From Enoplolaimus lenunculus (lineage: Eukaryota), in assembly GCA_030248215.1 (NCBI GenBank), contig JASANG010001409.1, positions 186,001 to 250,000 on the forward strand: a stretch of DNA of 64,000 nt, written 5' to 3'. Shown here piece after piece: positions 53,217 through 64,000 of this stretch. The notes beneath the pieces are model-generated. The model worked only from the letters and a program-made list of their open reading frames with translations. It ran no database searches and was not told the origin of the DNA. Every line of letters starts with the position of its first letter. The first letter of the stretch is position 1. A program made the position numbers and the translations under genes.

Positions 53217-53479
53217 GGCCAATGTTACCTTTTAGGACGTAACTGTAGATTAAGCATATTCCTAAACCTAAACCTAAGCCTAAGCCTAAGCGTAAGCCTA
53301 AGCATAAGCCTAAGTCTAACGTAAGCTTTGCAAAAATGTCTAAAAGTCTGAGCCTAACTTAAGCGTTGCAAAAATGGGTTCCTAAGCCTAAGCCTACGAC
53401 TAAGCAAAGAATGTAATAAAGAATGTAAACCACTCTTTTATAGACCCACCCCAGAAACCTGGACACCCCTTAAAGGGCC
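53217..53479 (+). mobile_element. Telomeric-repeat-bearing MITE, family A
   Basis: GGCCAATGTTAC...(GCCTAA)n...GGACACCCCTTAAAGGGCC, flanks GGTTAAAA / GGTTAAGC. Confidence 0.75.
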
Positions 53480-55695
53480 GGTTAAGCAAAATTGGGCTCA
53501 TTCAACATGCATTCCTAATAAACCAGTATATACAGTGAGACGCCTTGAACCAGATCGCAATTCAATTTTGTCAACAAATTCCAGTTCCGAATTAGTAATA
53601 TTAAAATATTTTTAAAATTTTTTACATCGAACTTTTGTTGTTTATGTACCCATAGTTTGGGACTTCAAAACTTCATTAAACAGCAAACCTTCAAAAACAA
53701 CCTGACCTCGTAAACACTATTTCACAATTTTTATGCATTTATCGTTTATATTTGCATTTTACTTAAAATTAGCTTTAAAATATTAAGTGTTATCGCACCT
53801 TTGTACCCTGCCAAGATATTAAGCGCTTATTAAGAAACCACTGAAAAATGTTTCTGGTTTATATTCTATAAAATACAAATCCGATTGCATACAATTATTG
53901 CTGTGTTAGCAATGTATTTTTGACTCGAAGCATAGCAGCAAACCATTGAACGCTTTGTGTCTTTGTGCCGAATAATTTACACGTGGGGTCTGTGCAAAAT
54001 TAACTGGTTCCATAAATTTTGAAGGCTTTTCCTAACGGGCTATGGGGTACATTGTGAAGAGTTTCTGGCAAAACAGTGTGTTGCAAATTAAGGTATATAT
54101 GATTATTATTTGTCTGTATGCGTTGCAGGGTTTAAAGTGGTTTTCTCGTCGATGTTAGCTCTAGGTATGTGTATCAACAGAGTGGTCTGACAAAATTAAA
54201 ATTTTGCTATCGTATATTCAGCCAAAATTATATATTCTTTAGGATCAATCAAACTAATTCTCGCAGTTATACATTAAGCTCGCAGTTAATATACATTAAT
54301 ATTATAAAGAGCTTTACATTCTAATTGCTAGCTTTAGTTATTAATAGTAGCTAGACAGTTAACTCGAGTACTATTTTGCAAAATAAACCTACACTGCCGA
54401 AAATGGTGAGTCAAATTGACTCTCTCCGAAATAGGCTCCGAGAAATGTTTGTTAATGTATTTGCTATGTGGATGCACGAACTTTCGGGTTGCGAAACTTC
54501 GTGAATGGAAATATCCCTATCCGCCTATAGTAAGAATAGCTCACGTATAGAACAGGGCTGGAACGTGTTTCGGCGGGACTGTAATAGAGTAAGCTTAAGC
54601 TTTAGACTATTTGTTGTTTATGCTCAGGCTTAGGCTTAGGTATTGGCTCATTCTTACGCTAGACTTAGGCTTAGGTTTAGGCTTATGCGTATGAATATGG
54701 TACTACTGTTCCGGCTCTGTTCTATACATTGATCGGAAAACGAACAACAGACATTTCAGTTCTGCTTGTATCCGGGGCCGGGGTTCAAACCAAGGTTTAC
54801 CCTCCATATGCTTGATCCAATACTTGCGAAAACGCGCAAATCTTTAAAATTATAAAATGCAATTTGCAATATATATTTCGCATTCAAGCAGTATCCAGGC
54901 TTGCAATCCACGACCCACAGACTCACTCTCGTATGAAGACCTCACTACGATGTAATTCAACGAATTTTCAAACTCACTTGAATAACAAATTTTGGCCATT
55001 TCAAAACTTTGCAGTCACACTAAGCGTAGAAGCTGCGGTAGCTGATAAATTTCGTTCAACTGGATATGGAAATTAGATTAAACAGATAAATAGGGACTCG
55101 GTAAACGAAACATTGATCAAGAACAGGTTCGGTGACTCGCATCGAGGTATTAATGGTTTCGTGGAAACCCGTACTGTCCTAATCGGTGTTGTGAGTTATG
55201 GTATCAGCCCTTGGTTATATATCAAAATCGTGGGTTTAACCAGAATTTGTTATCGAGAAGATATGTAATTCAAGGAAATGATTTTTTCTAGCAATTAACG
55301 TCTAATGAGAAGAACAGGGGAGGAACAGTATTACAAGCATATTCCTAAGCCTAAGCCTAAGCCTAAGCCTTAGCCTAAGCCTAAGCCTAAACCTAAACCT
55401 AAGCGTATGAATGAGCATATTTCTAAACCTAAGCCGAAGCCTAAGCCTAAAAGCCGAGTAAAAAAATTTAACTACAGCTTAAGCTTTTATACACTCTTTT
55501 CTAGTCCACAGAAAAACGTTCAGCCCCTGATTTTTACATGGGCCCATTTAGCGTAGCCATAAAAACATTTCAATTTACGTGGATGGCTTTGATTTAATGT
55601 TAAGAAGTGTAAAAATGCGTATTTGTTAAGTTTTGAAATATTTTGAACATCGGTTAAATTTTACTTATTTATAGCAAATTTTGCCAACTCGAATA

Positions 55696-55950
55696 CACTG
55701 TAAATTTCAGTGAGTTGATTTTAACTCAGAATGAGTTGAATCGCCGAGTCTGAGTTAGTAGCATCGTAACTCAGAATGTTGAGTTGATTCAACTCATTCT
55801 GAGAGTTAATTTTTTAACTCACCCGGAGTCAACTCAACACACAGTGAGAATCAACTCAACTCAGAGGTGAGATAATGTTTACTGATATTAATTCAGAAAT
55901 AACCAACTCGCTAGCTGAATTGATTAATAAACTCATTGGAATTTACAGTG
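55696..55950. mobile_element. CACTG-terminated MITE with internal GAGTT/AACTC repeats
   Basis: TA|CACTGTAAATTTCAGTGAGTT ... AACTCATTGGAATTTACAGTG|TA. Confidence 0.65.
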
Positions 55951-57302
55951 TATGCTTCCCCAGAAAATTCAATCTCAGGACAAGTTTCGCAAAAACTGCT
56001 TTCAACCTACTTATCAATGGGTATAAATAATATCGGGCAAGCTTTATTTCAAACGTTGTGAGTTGTTTTTGCTGTTTGTGATAGCTTGGAGACTGACAAA
56101 TGTGGCACCCTCACAAAACTGTTAATTGTCTCATTATTTTAAAAATTTTCGGCAAAAATATTAAGAGAACCAAACTTTCGATTGTACATATTTGTGTATT
56201 CCGTTTGTGAGCCCATGTAAAGATCAGGGGTGGAACGGTTTTCTGCGGGACTGCAGTAGAGTGAGCTTAAGCTTTAGACTAATTTTGTTGCTTGGTTTAG
56301 GCTAACGCTTAAGTTCATTCTTACGCTTAAGTTTAGGCTTAGGCTTAGGCTTAGGCTTAGGAATATGCGTGACCGTTTGTTTATGTTTAAAATTTACTGT
56401 GGTTTATCTTCTAGCCAGTGAGGTTTGCAATAGTTGCAATACCGTCCTTGGCCAATTTTTGTTGCGATTAAAAATTAACCTGTTTCGCCAAAACGGAACC
56501 TATAATATGCACAATAATTAATCAGATCGAAGTGTCAAAGGTGTTTCTGGTTTAATTCTAAACCAGATATATGGTGTGTCTTATTGGTTATTCCTCCTGG
56601 CTGGCGTTCGCTCAGAAGCAGTTGGATGTTGAAAATTTTGTGCTTATTATGGTGTCATAATCTTCTCTAATATTTCACATCCAATGAATTTTTAAAAAAG
56701 CGATTTTAAGGTCCCAGTGTGCCCACTTTGGGCCTCAAACAAAATTTTGCCAAAAAGTTAGATAAGTTACGTATGATTCGACACAGTTTGTGGAGTTGAG
56801 TCAAACGGATTTTAAATTTTTCGCAATCAAACGATTCGGTACAGAGTTGTGATCACTTAGCATATTTGACACGGTCCCAAATTATTAGCAACGCATGAAA
56901 TCAGATATTTAACTATAACTCACTACCCAATCGTCTGCTTAGGTAAACTTTACCATTCGAGTCAAACTCTTGTCCAGACTTTTGACAGTACGACGAGTTT
57001 TAACTCATGACGTAAAAATGAATTTTTCAAAAATTTAATTTTAGTATGAAATAATTAGAGCAGGTCATGAGAGAAGCTCAGATATGCAAAAAAATGTTCA
57101 AACATCAACTATTTTTGAACGAACGCCGGCTCAAGCGGAACAACTAAAAATACCCACAAAAGGAATAGATCCAGTTGTTGTAATTTGTAAGATTTGGAAT
57201 ATTTTTCAGTTTATAAAAAATTATAATTTGGGTATAAAAACAAAACTGTAATTTTACCGCAACTGTTTATTTGTTATTTTTTCAAAAAAATTTAATTCTA
57301 AA

Positions 57303-57466
57303 ATGCCAACTGCTACAGATTCCGAAAATTACGCATTTAGGTTGTCAAACATTCGTCCACCGACTTTCAAAGCAAACGCTGCCACTCAACCGGGTAAGTA
57401 GTTTAATCTCATGGTTAAGATTTAGACTTCAGTTCGTATAATAATAATAATAATAACAATAATAAC

Positions 57467-57529
<63 letters not shown>

Positions 57530-60500
57530 GTAGTGATTAGAATAAGAAGGGACAGATATTTATTTGGCCTCTACAGAGGGAACCCCTCTGGTAATATGCG
57601 GTTTCGAACTTCCGCCACCCTTCGTTACTGATATATTCGGTAATGCAATTATCTGCTGAATTAAATTAAACGTTTATTTGTCTTGTATAAAAAGCATGAG
57701 CGATAATGCAGCATTATACTTAGGAATGTACTTTTAAATGCTAAGCTTTAAAGTTTTTAACTCAACTTTATTTGGTAGTGGAGTTATTTATGCAGTGCAA
57801 TTAGGGACATTTAGCATGTATTGGCTCTAAGAGTTTAGGAACTTTATCCGTTGAGAGACTCTTATTGTAGGGATATGGGCTTATATTGATTGGGACTCAA
57901 AATGAAGACCCACCCCCTCTTATTACCCCTTCTTTTTATTCGGGTCACTCCAGTACCTTTTTGTGGCTTAATTTCGTCTTATTTGCACCACAACGATATA
58001 TTCAGGCCAGTAGTGAGCTCACCTTGCTAGTGGGAAGGGCTAAAATGTTTTCAGGTGGGGCATACAAGGGTTTTTATTGACTTACAAGCAAGGTTGAAAA
58101 CTTTCCAGGAGGCGTAATTTTTTCAACGGGACTGAGGCTCCGATGCCCACCACCATTGGCTACGGGTTCGTAGAGATTCGTCTACAAAAATTCTCTAACG
58201 AAAATACGGTTATCCTGATTTTCTTTTTGTTTTATTTTTATTTCAGCTGTTTGGAAACCTACGAATGCAAACTTATCCGTTCGATACGATGCTTCTCACA
58301 GCTCAGCTTCAGCTAACGCCTACAAGTCACCCCCACCAACAAATAGCAGCGTTTGGGATCGATTCAAAGGTCCCGAAATAGCTGTGGTACCTGGTGACAC
58401 AGCTAGTCATACTTCTCCACGACCCAGTGCCTCGTTTTGTGCCTCAAACTATAAAGAACAATCGAAATTCACGCCAGCTCAAACGTATTTATTCAACAAA
58501 AATGCCGAGTCTCAAGCTTATTACGCTCCGCCGCCTCTTACGTCATCCGCTTATACGCGTAGAAAAGTCGAGTTGTCGAAACAAGCTACCAGCCCAAGAT
58601 CATTGAGTCAAACATTTGCAAACGCCCCCCACACTCGTGATGCGACCCCGGTGATCAAACCGTTACCTGCGCCACCAGCAGATTACCATCCTCGGTCTCT
58701 ATCCAGTGACGCCAAGGTTAAACCAGTACGTCACTCCTCAACGCATTCAGTTCCTGCAGTTCAACCTCCTCGCCAATTATTCCCACAGGGTCCTAAGCTC
58801 ACAGACAGGAGCTCAAAGGCAGAACCACCACCGCCACCTAGCATGCCTGCACGTGGTTTGATTTCTAAGAGTGAGTGGAATTTAGGTTCAGTTGGTCAAA
58901 CGTCGAACTTTGAACCAGAAAGCGATGCTAATCGAAGTAGCATCGAATATCCAGCCAAACAATCCGTAGCGGCGCTCAGAGCTCAAATTGTCGCCCAACT
59001 GGCAAAAGATGCACGGCCTATTTTAGGTTCGAAACAGATTTCGTTGGTAAATGGCGTAGTTTTACACCAGGATAAAGGTGATGTAGACAGTAAACCAGTA
59101 AAACGTGGGCCAAATCAAAATGGAACCGAGCAAGTTGTGTCTAATTTTAAACCAACACGCAGTGAAAACGAACCCGGTAATCGAATTTCAAGCCAAGGAT
59201 TGAACGCCCCGGAGAATGTGGACCGAAATTTGCCGACGGGAACGCGGATCAGTGGCGATGACCGTGAGAAATTCTACGAACAGCAGCAAAACGCAAAATC
59301 TGAACGTAGTCAGATACAGCGAAGCCGTCACCAAGAGTATCAGATGCAGAAAGAAACGCAACAACAAGCATACCAGCTGTTATCACAACCGGAACCGTGG
59401 CATCATCATCATCAACAACAACAACAACAACAACACCAAGAACAACGCTTTCGAGACACAGATGTTCCAAACTACCACAACCAGAACAGCGAACAATCAA
59501 GACCCCAACGTTCTAGGACACAAACCAACACAAGCCAATGGTCATCAAAATCGGATCCCAGTGGTCACAAACCTGTACCCTGGGACTACAGTACACCAAT
59601 ACAAAAATTGTGGACAGAAAGACAACAAAAACTACCACTCAACCACACACGCTACTCACATCTGTGCAATCATAACTTACCCGAAAATCAAACGCAAACT
59701 TGTGTAATGCAGCCAAAATTGCAACCAGCAACACTGTATGCAACAGCTGATACTGGTAGATATCAAGCTACAGAAGTCGTAACGAATTATGCAAATTATA
59801 GCGTCCGAAATCGGGTACAACAGTACGAAGAGCCTATTAACCAGAACACGAGCAATTTTAACCAAATCCAGGCCACCGTTGAATCACAGCCTAGTCAAAA
59901 CCGTGTCTATCACTCGGCTGATGGTGACGAAAAACATGGAATGGCAGGTCAAGCACCCGAATATACTCGTTCCCTAACAATAACCAGTTGTGCACCAATA
60001 TATCATGAACCTGATTCTTCATGTCAGGCCAAACTGAGACCAGATGAAATTTATGAAATTTTCAAACCATCGAATAAACAGAAACAACCCATACACAATT
60101 ATTACGAACCTAAAATATGTCAATCGGAATGCCAGCTTCAAAAACCAGATAAATGTCCAACTGAATCTAAATTTGGTCAACCTGTAAGTCAAGAACGCAT
60201 TGAAGTGAACTTATCAAAATCTACCCGACCCTACGATGGAACAACTGAACTGCCGTCGAGCACAACTCGTTCGATCCCTGCGAAATATGCACAGTTTCAG
60301 CCGAGGGAAAATTCAGCAGACCCCAAATCTAAACAATACGAAAGTCGGTTTCCACCCAGGGTCCAAAATTTAAATGCCTACCCAGACCGCAGCAAAAATC
60401 TACCCAGAGAGTTAGAGCCGACTTCAAATGTACATCTTAATATTGCCGCATTTGAACAACGAACAAGGCGTAGTCAAGAAGCTCATAGCCCTCAGCGAAG

Positions 60501-63500
60501 CCGCAGTTCAGAATATCAGGATCGGCGAGAAAAAGAGCCAGATCTGGCAAAATCTAATTCTGGATACAGGGTCGAACCGGAAAACATTCAACGTGCTGCG
60601 AACAGTCGTCGTCCGGGCAATACTTTTAAATGCACCGACAAGGTTAGAGACTACATGAATTTTTAATGATCAGTACTGTACTGATCCGAGTAAGAGTGGG
60701 TAATAAGAGGGTGTCCTCATTTTGAGGTCCAATCAATAGGAGTCCGGGTGCCTAGTAAGAGTCCGTAAGCAAATAGAATCAATAAACCTTAATAATTTAA
60801 GTCTATAAATGTCCATTATGCCTGATTGTAGTGCATAAATGGCTTCACTACCAAATGAAGTTGAGTTCAAAGCTTTAAAGCATACTTAAGTTTTGAAAGT
60901 ACATTTCTATTTATAACCTTGCCTTTAGCTCAAGTTTTTAATACAAGACAAATAAACTTTCATTCAACGGATAGTTGCAGTACCGGATATATATCAGTAA
61001 CGAAGGGCGGCGGAGAGCGGGTTTAAATAAAAATAACAGTCAATAACCAAATAAGAAGGGGGTTGTCTGTAGAGGCCAAATAATTATCGGTCTTCGCACC
61101 TCTTATTAGGGTCACTACAGTATGTAAACTTGCCTAGATGATTAATATAGTGAATTTGAAATAATTACAGAAGGATTTGTCTCTTTTGTTGTAATTTTCA
61201 ATTCATCAAAGGCCAAAATAAAATATCAAAGATTAGTTTTCAACTGTAAACAATAACTTCTAAGTTTTTTACCCAGCTTAAAATAAAATGGTGTGACACA
61301 TAACTCTAATTATTATAAAATGTCTGTTTATTGACAAAGTGGCCCATGTATAGAACAAGACCGGGTCGTTTTCCGGCGGGACTGTAATAGGTCAGTTTAA
61401 GCGTTAGACTAGGTTTTTGCTTAGGCTTAGGCTTAGGCTTAGGCTTAGGTATAGGCTTATTCTTACGCTTAGGGGTAGGCTTAATAAGCGTAAGCTAAGG
61501 AATAGGCTCATCGTTACTGTTAGGCTTAGGCTTAGGCATAGGCTTAGGCTTAGGCTTAGAAATACGCTCATCCTTAGGTTTAGGTTTAGGCTTAGGTTTA
61601 GGCTTAGAAATATGCTTATACCACTGTTCTGGTCCAGTTCTATACATTGGCCAACAAAGTTCACCATTTTTCAACTTCACGACCTATTACAATCTTTGAA
61701 CCTCTCACGACTCTCCCCGGCTGAAATTTTATTCCGCATAAAAGCTTTAAGCGTTAGAAAAGCTTTGCTTGTCCCTCTCTGTCCTTTCCTACTGTCTCAG
61801 TCAATAATTACGAAGACTATCGCTTTTGTAGAAAGTTTTAAAAAACGTCCATTTCGCCCCGAGATAATATTTCCAGGAACCGCCTTCAATTGACGGGAGT
61901 CTGATTTCCGATTATCCCAAAGCGTTTACTTACCTCCAAGAAGACGACCCAACAACCACTGTCGCCTCGGCATGGAACCATCGAACTCAGTCCTCGAAAT
62001 CGGTGCCTTTGGATTACTTGTCAACATCGATAGGAATTGATACTCAGACGGTACCAGTCAACAAATACGAGTCAACATTGCTAGCAAAACCAACGATTCA
62101 ATTATCGCCACTGAAACAATACAAATTACACTTTGACTCGCAAACAGTCGACAAAAATATGGAGTAAGCTATAATCCATTCTGTATACTTTCGAACATTT
62201 AGTGGAGCCACGAGGGAGTCGCCGAGAACCATACCCCCGTAACAGGAATCAGACACTCTATTGGACTGACTCTAAACCAAAATTTTGTATTAAGATTTAG
62301 AATTAAAATTTCGTTTTGATTCTCGTTCGTTTCGCTCGTGAGGGTTTTTTCACTATTGAACATTGCAATGCGTTTCGCATCGCTAATTAATATTGACACG
62401 TAATTGCTGTCAAATGAGAGTGAATTAAAGTGTACAAAATTGTACAGATTTAACATTTTTGAAGCTGAGATATTATTTGAATTAAAGTTTTTGTGCTAAT
62501 CAATTACCTATTAATTGAATTAATAATTTGTAGCAAACCATTTAATTTATGAAATAAAACAAAAACTATGGCAATCGTTTTAAAAATTACGCTAATCAGT
62601 TCCACAATAACGTGATGCTAGGCGCTGTGGATACAATATTTGTAACCGGCACCACCATATCCCCTATAAACATCACAATCCCAGCACAATAAAAAATCTT
62701 GCGTAGTGACCCGAATAAGCGGGGGTGCAAAAAAAGGAGTCCTCATTTTGAGTCCCAATCAATAGGAGTCCGTATCCCTAATAAGAGTCTGTAAGCGGAT
62801 ACAGTCTCTAAACGTCTATAAATGTTGACTGTTCCTAATTGCAGTGTATAAGCGACTCCAGACCCAAATAAAGTTGAGTTCGGAACTATAAAGCATAAGT
62901 TTTGAAATTACATTTGTAAGTATAACCTTGTATTATCGCTCAAGCTTTTGATACAAGACAAATAAACGTTTAATTCAACGGATAATTGCAGCACCGGTTA
63001 TATCAGTAACGAACGGTGGCGGAGTGTGGGTTAAAAAATAACAGTCCGTAACCCCATAACAAAGAGAGAGATGCCAAATAAATATCGGTCCCCTCTCTTA
63101 TTCGGGCCATTACAGTAATGCTAGAAAGTTGTCCAAAACACGTATGTGGGGCGTTCCAGCTTTAATAATATAAATGTACTCTGGCATTTTATATATTCCA
63201 GTATCAGTCACAACATTTCAGTTTAAAAAGAGTAATAATTATTTCAGGCAAACTAATTCACATACCCACTCAACTAACAGGAGTGACTATTTTATATCGG
63301 AGTTGCCGCCTCCGGCAAAACCACCAAGAGTTCCAATGGTTGCAGATGGACCATGGCAATTGTTCGAGCCAGGAGCAATCGCATCAAGAAGCACACCAGC
63401 GGTTTTGAATTTAATGAGTAATCTGAGTCAAACTGTGGACAGCCTTGAAGCCGGGTTAAAGGAACCGGTACCCAAGTTGAAAACTTCACCGATTGAATTG

Positions 63501-63525
63501 AACGAAACGCTTCCACGTTTTGAAG
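57303..63525 (+). CDS. Unidentified low-complexity (Pro/Gln/Ser-rich, probably disordered) protein, 5' part; continues beyond the window
   Basis: Phase-consistent exons: 57303-57393 (MPTATDSENYAFRLSNIRPP..., donor gtaagt), 58247-60642 (tttcag acceptor, contains the 760-aa ORF), 61877-62163 (EPPSIDGSL..., donor gtaagc) and 63248-63525 (tttcag acceptor, donor tentative). No domain recognised, and the start codon could be preceded by further exons. Confidence 0.75.
57439..57527. repeat. (AAT)n microsatellite
   Basis: Near-perfect AAT run with two AAC interruptions, directly abutting the MITE at 57528. Confidence 0.95.
57528..57953 (+). mobile_element. pogo/Tc2-like MITE (TA TSD), copy 1
   Basis: TA|CTGTAGTGA..GAATAAG ... 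TTATTCGGGTCACTCCAG|TA. The interior is the reverse complement of the copies at 60676-61120 and 62701-63115. Confidence 0.7.
60676..61120 (-). mobile_element. pogo/Tc2-like MITE, copy 2
   Basis: TA|CTGTACTGATCCGAGTAAG ... CTTATTAGGGTCACTACAG|TA. Confidence 0.7.
61341..61652 (+). mobile_element. Telomeric-repeat-bearing MITE, family B
   Basis: TIRs GGCCCATGTATAGAAC / GTTCTATACATTGGCC, TTAGGC arrays, TSD GACAAAGT / AACAAAGT. Related or truncated copies at about 3230-3386, 33120-33210, 54538-54734, 55320-55544, 56210-56370 and 63614-63810. Confidence 0.8.
62701..63115 (-). mobile_element. pogo/Tc2-like MITE, copy 3
   Basis: GTAGTGACCCGAATAAG ... CTTATTCGGGCCATTACAG|TA, same orientation as copy 2. 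Confidence 0.7.
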
Positions 63526-64000
63526 GTCAGAAAATATTTCACAAATGATATCTGTCTTGTTACAGTGTTTATGCAACCCTTGCGAAATTATTCGGTTTGA
63601 TTAATGAATTTTGGGCCCATGTAAAGATCAGGGGCGGAACGTTTTTCTATGAGACTGCAAGAGAATAAGCTTAAGGTTTAGACTAATTGTTTTTGCTTGG
63701 TATAGGCTTTAGGCTTAGGCTTAGGAATAAATTCATTATTGCACTTAGGTTTATGATTAGGTTTAGGCGTTGGCTAAAAAATAAGCTTATAATACTGTTC
63801 TACTACTGTTCTTGGACGAATTTTGTAAAATTGATGGCATGGTTTATATGAACATATGTGTCATACAAACACAAAAACTATCTGAAAGTTGGAAGAAGTA
63901 AACGCACCAGATTAGCATCCATTAACGTCTTTACATTCGTTGAAACCCAATTACATTTTTTTGAAAATTTTCGTTACTTCCAAGCAGCGTTGGTTTTTTC

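Noticed and set aside
54538..56370. True telomere or chromosome-fusion scar
   Set aside because: The tracts are short, degenerate, in mixed orientation and bounded by MITE termini.
59216..59977. Overlapping alternative-frame ORFs within the large exon
   Set aside because: Shadow ORFs of a low-complexity coding region.
61404..61893. ORFs encoding LRLRLR / LSLSLS / KPKPKP (also 6642-6926)
   Set aside because: These are translations of TTAGGC repeats inside MITEs, with no splice or homology support.

Overview
AT-rich eukaryotic genomic DNA, most likely a nematode (inference from TTAGGC telomere-type repeats and TTTCAG/TTTTAG acceptors). There are three protein-coding genes, all on the + strand. 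(1) The last three exons of a DNAJC10/ERdj5 (dnj-27-like) gene, ending in RDEF (1-1031). (2) A complete BLTP2/KIAA0100/Hobbit/FMP27 bridge-like lipid transfer gene, hand-assembled as 42 phase-consistent exons (5676-49029, about 2541 aa). (3) The 5' part of an unidentified low-complexity Pro/Gln/Ser-rich gene that runs off the window (57303 onward). Introns and spacers are dense with non-autonomous DNA elements: GG-ended MITEs with ~8-bp TSDs carrying telomeric TTAGGC arrays, DINE-1/HINE-like Helentrons, hAT-, piggyBac-, pogo/Tc2-, CACTG- and Harbinger-like MITEs. The 12.2-kb BLTP2 intron 26 holds a dead DD41D Tc1/mariner element. Its 5' end plus a LINE-ORF1-like relic has been amplified into a four-unit ~1.6-kb tandem array. 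I found no clearly new multi-gene system. The most unusual items are the telomere-repeat MITE families, a piggyBac-like MITE with Pol III A/B boxes, the chimeric array, and inverted TE pairs bracketing exons. All homology calls are from recognised motifs, not database searches.
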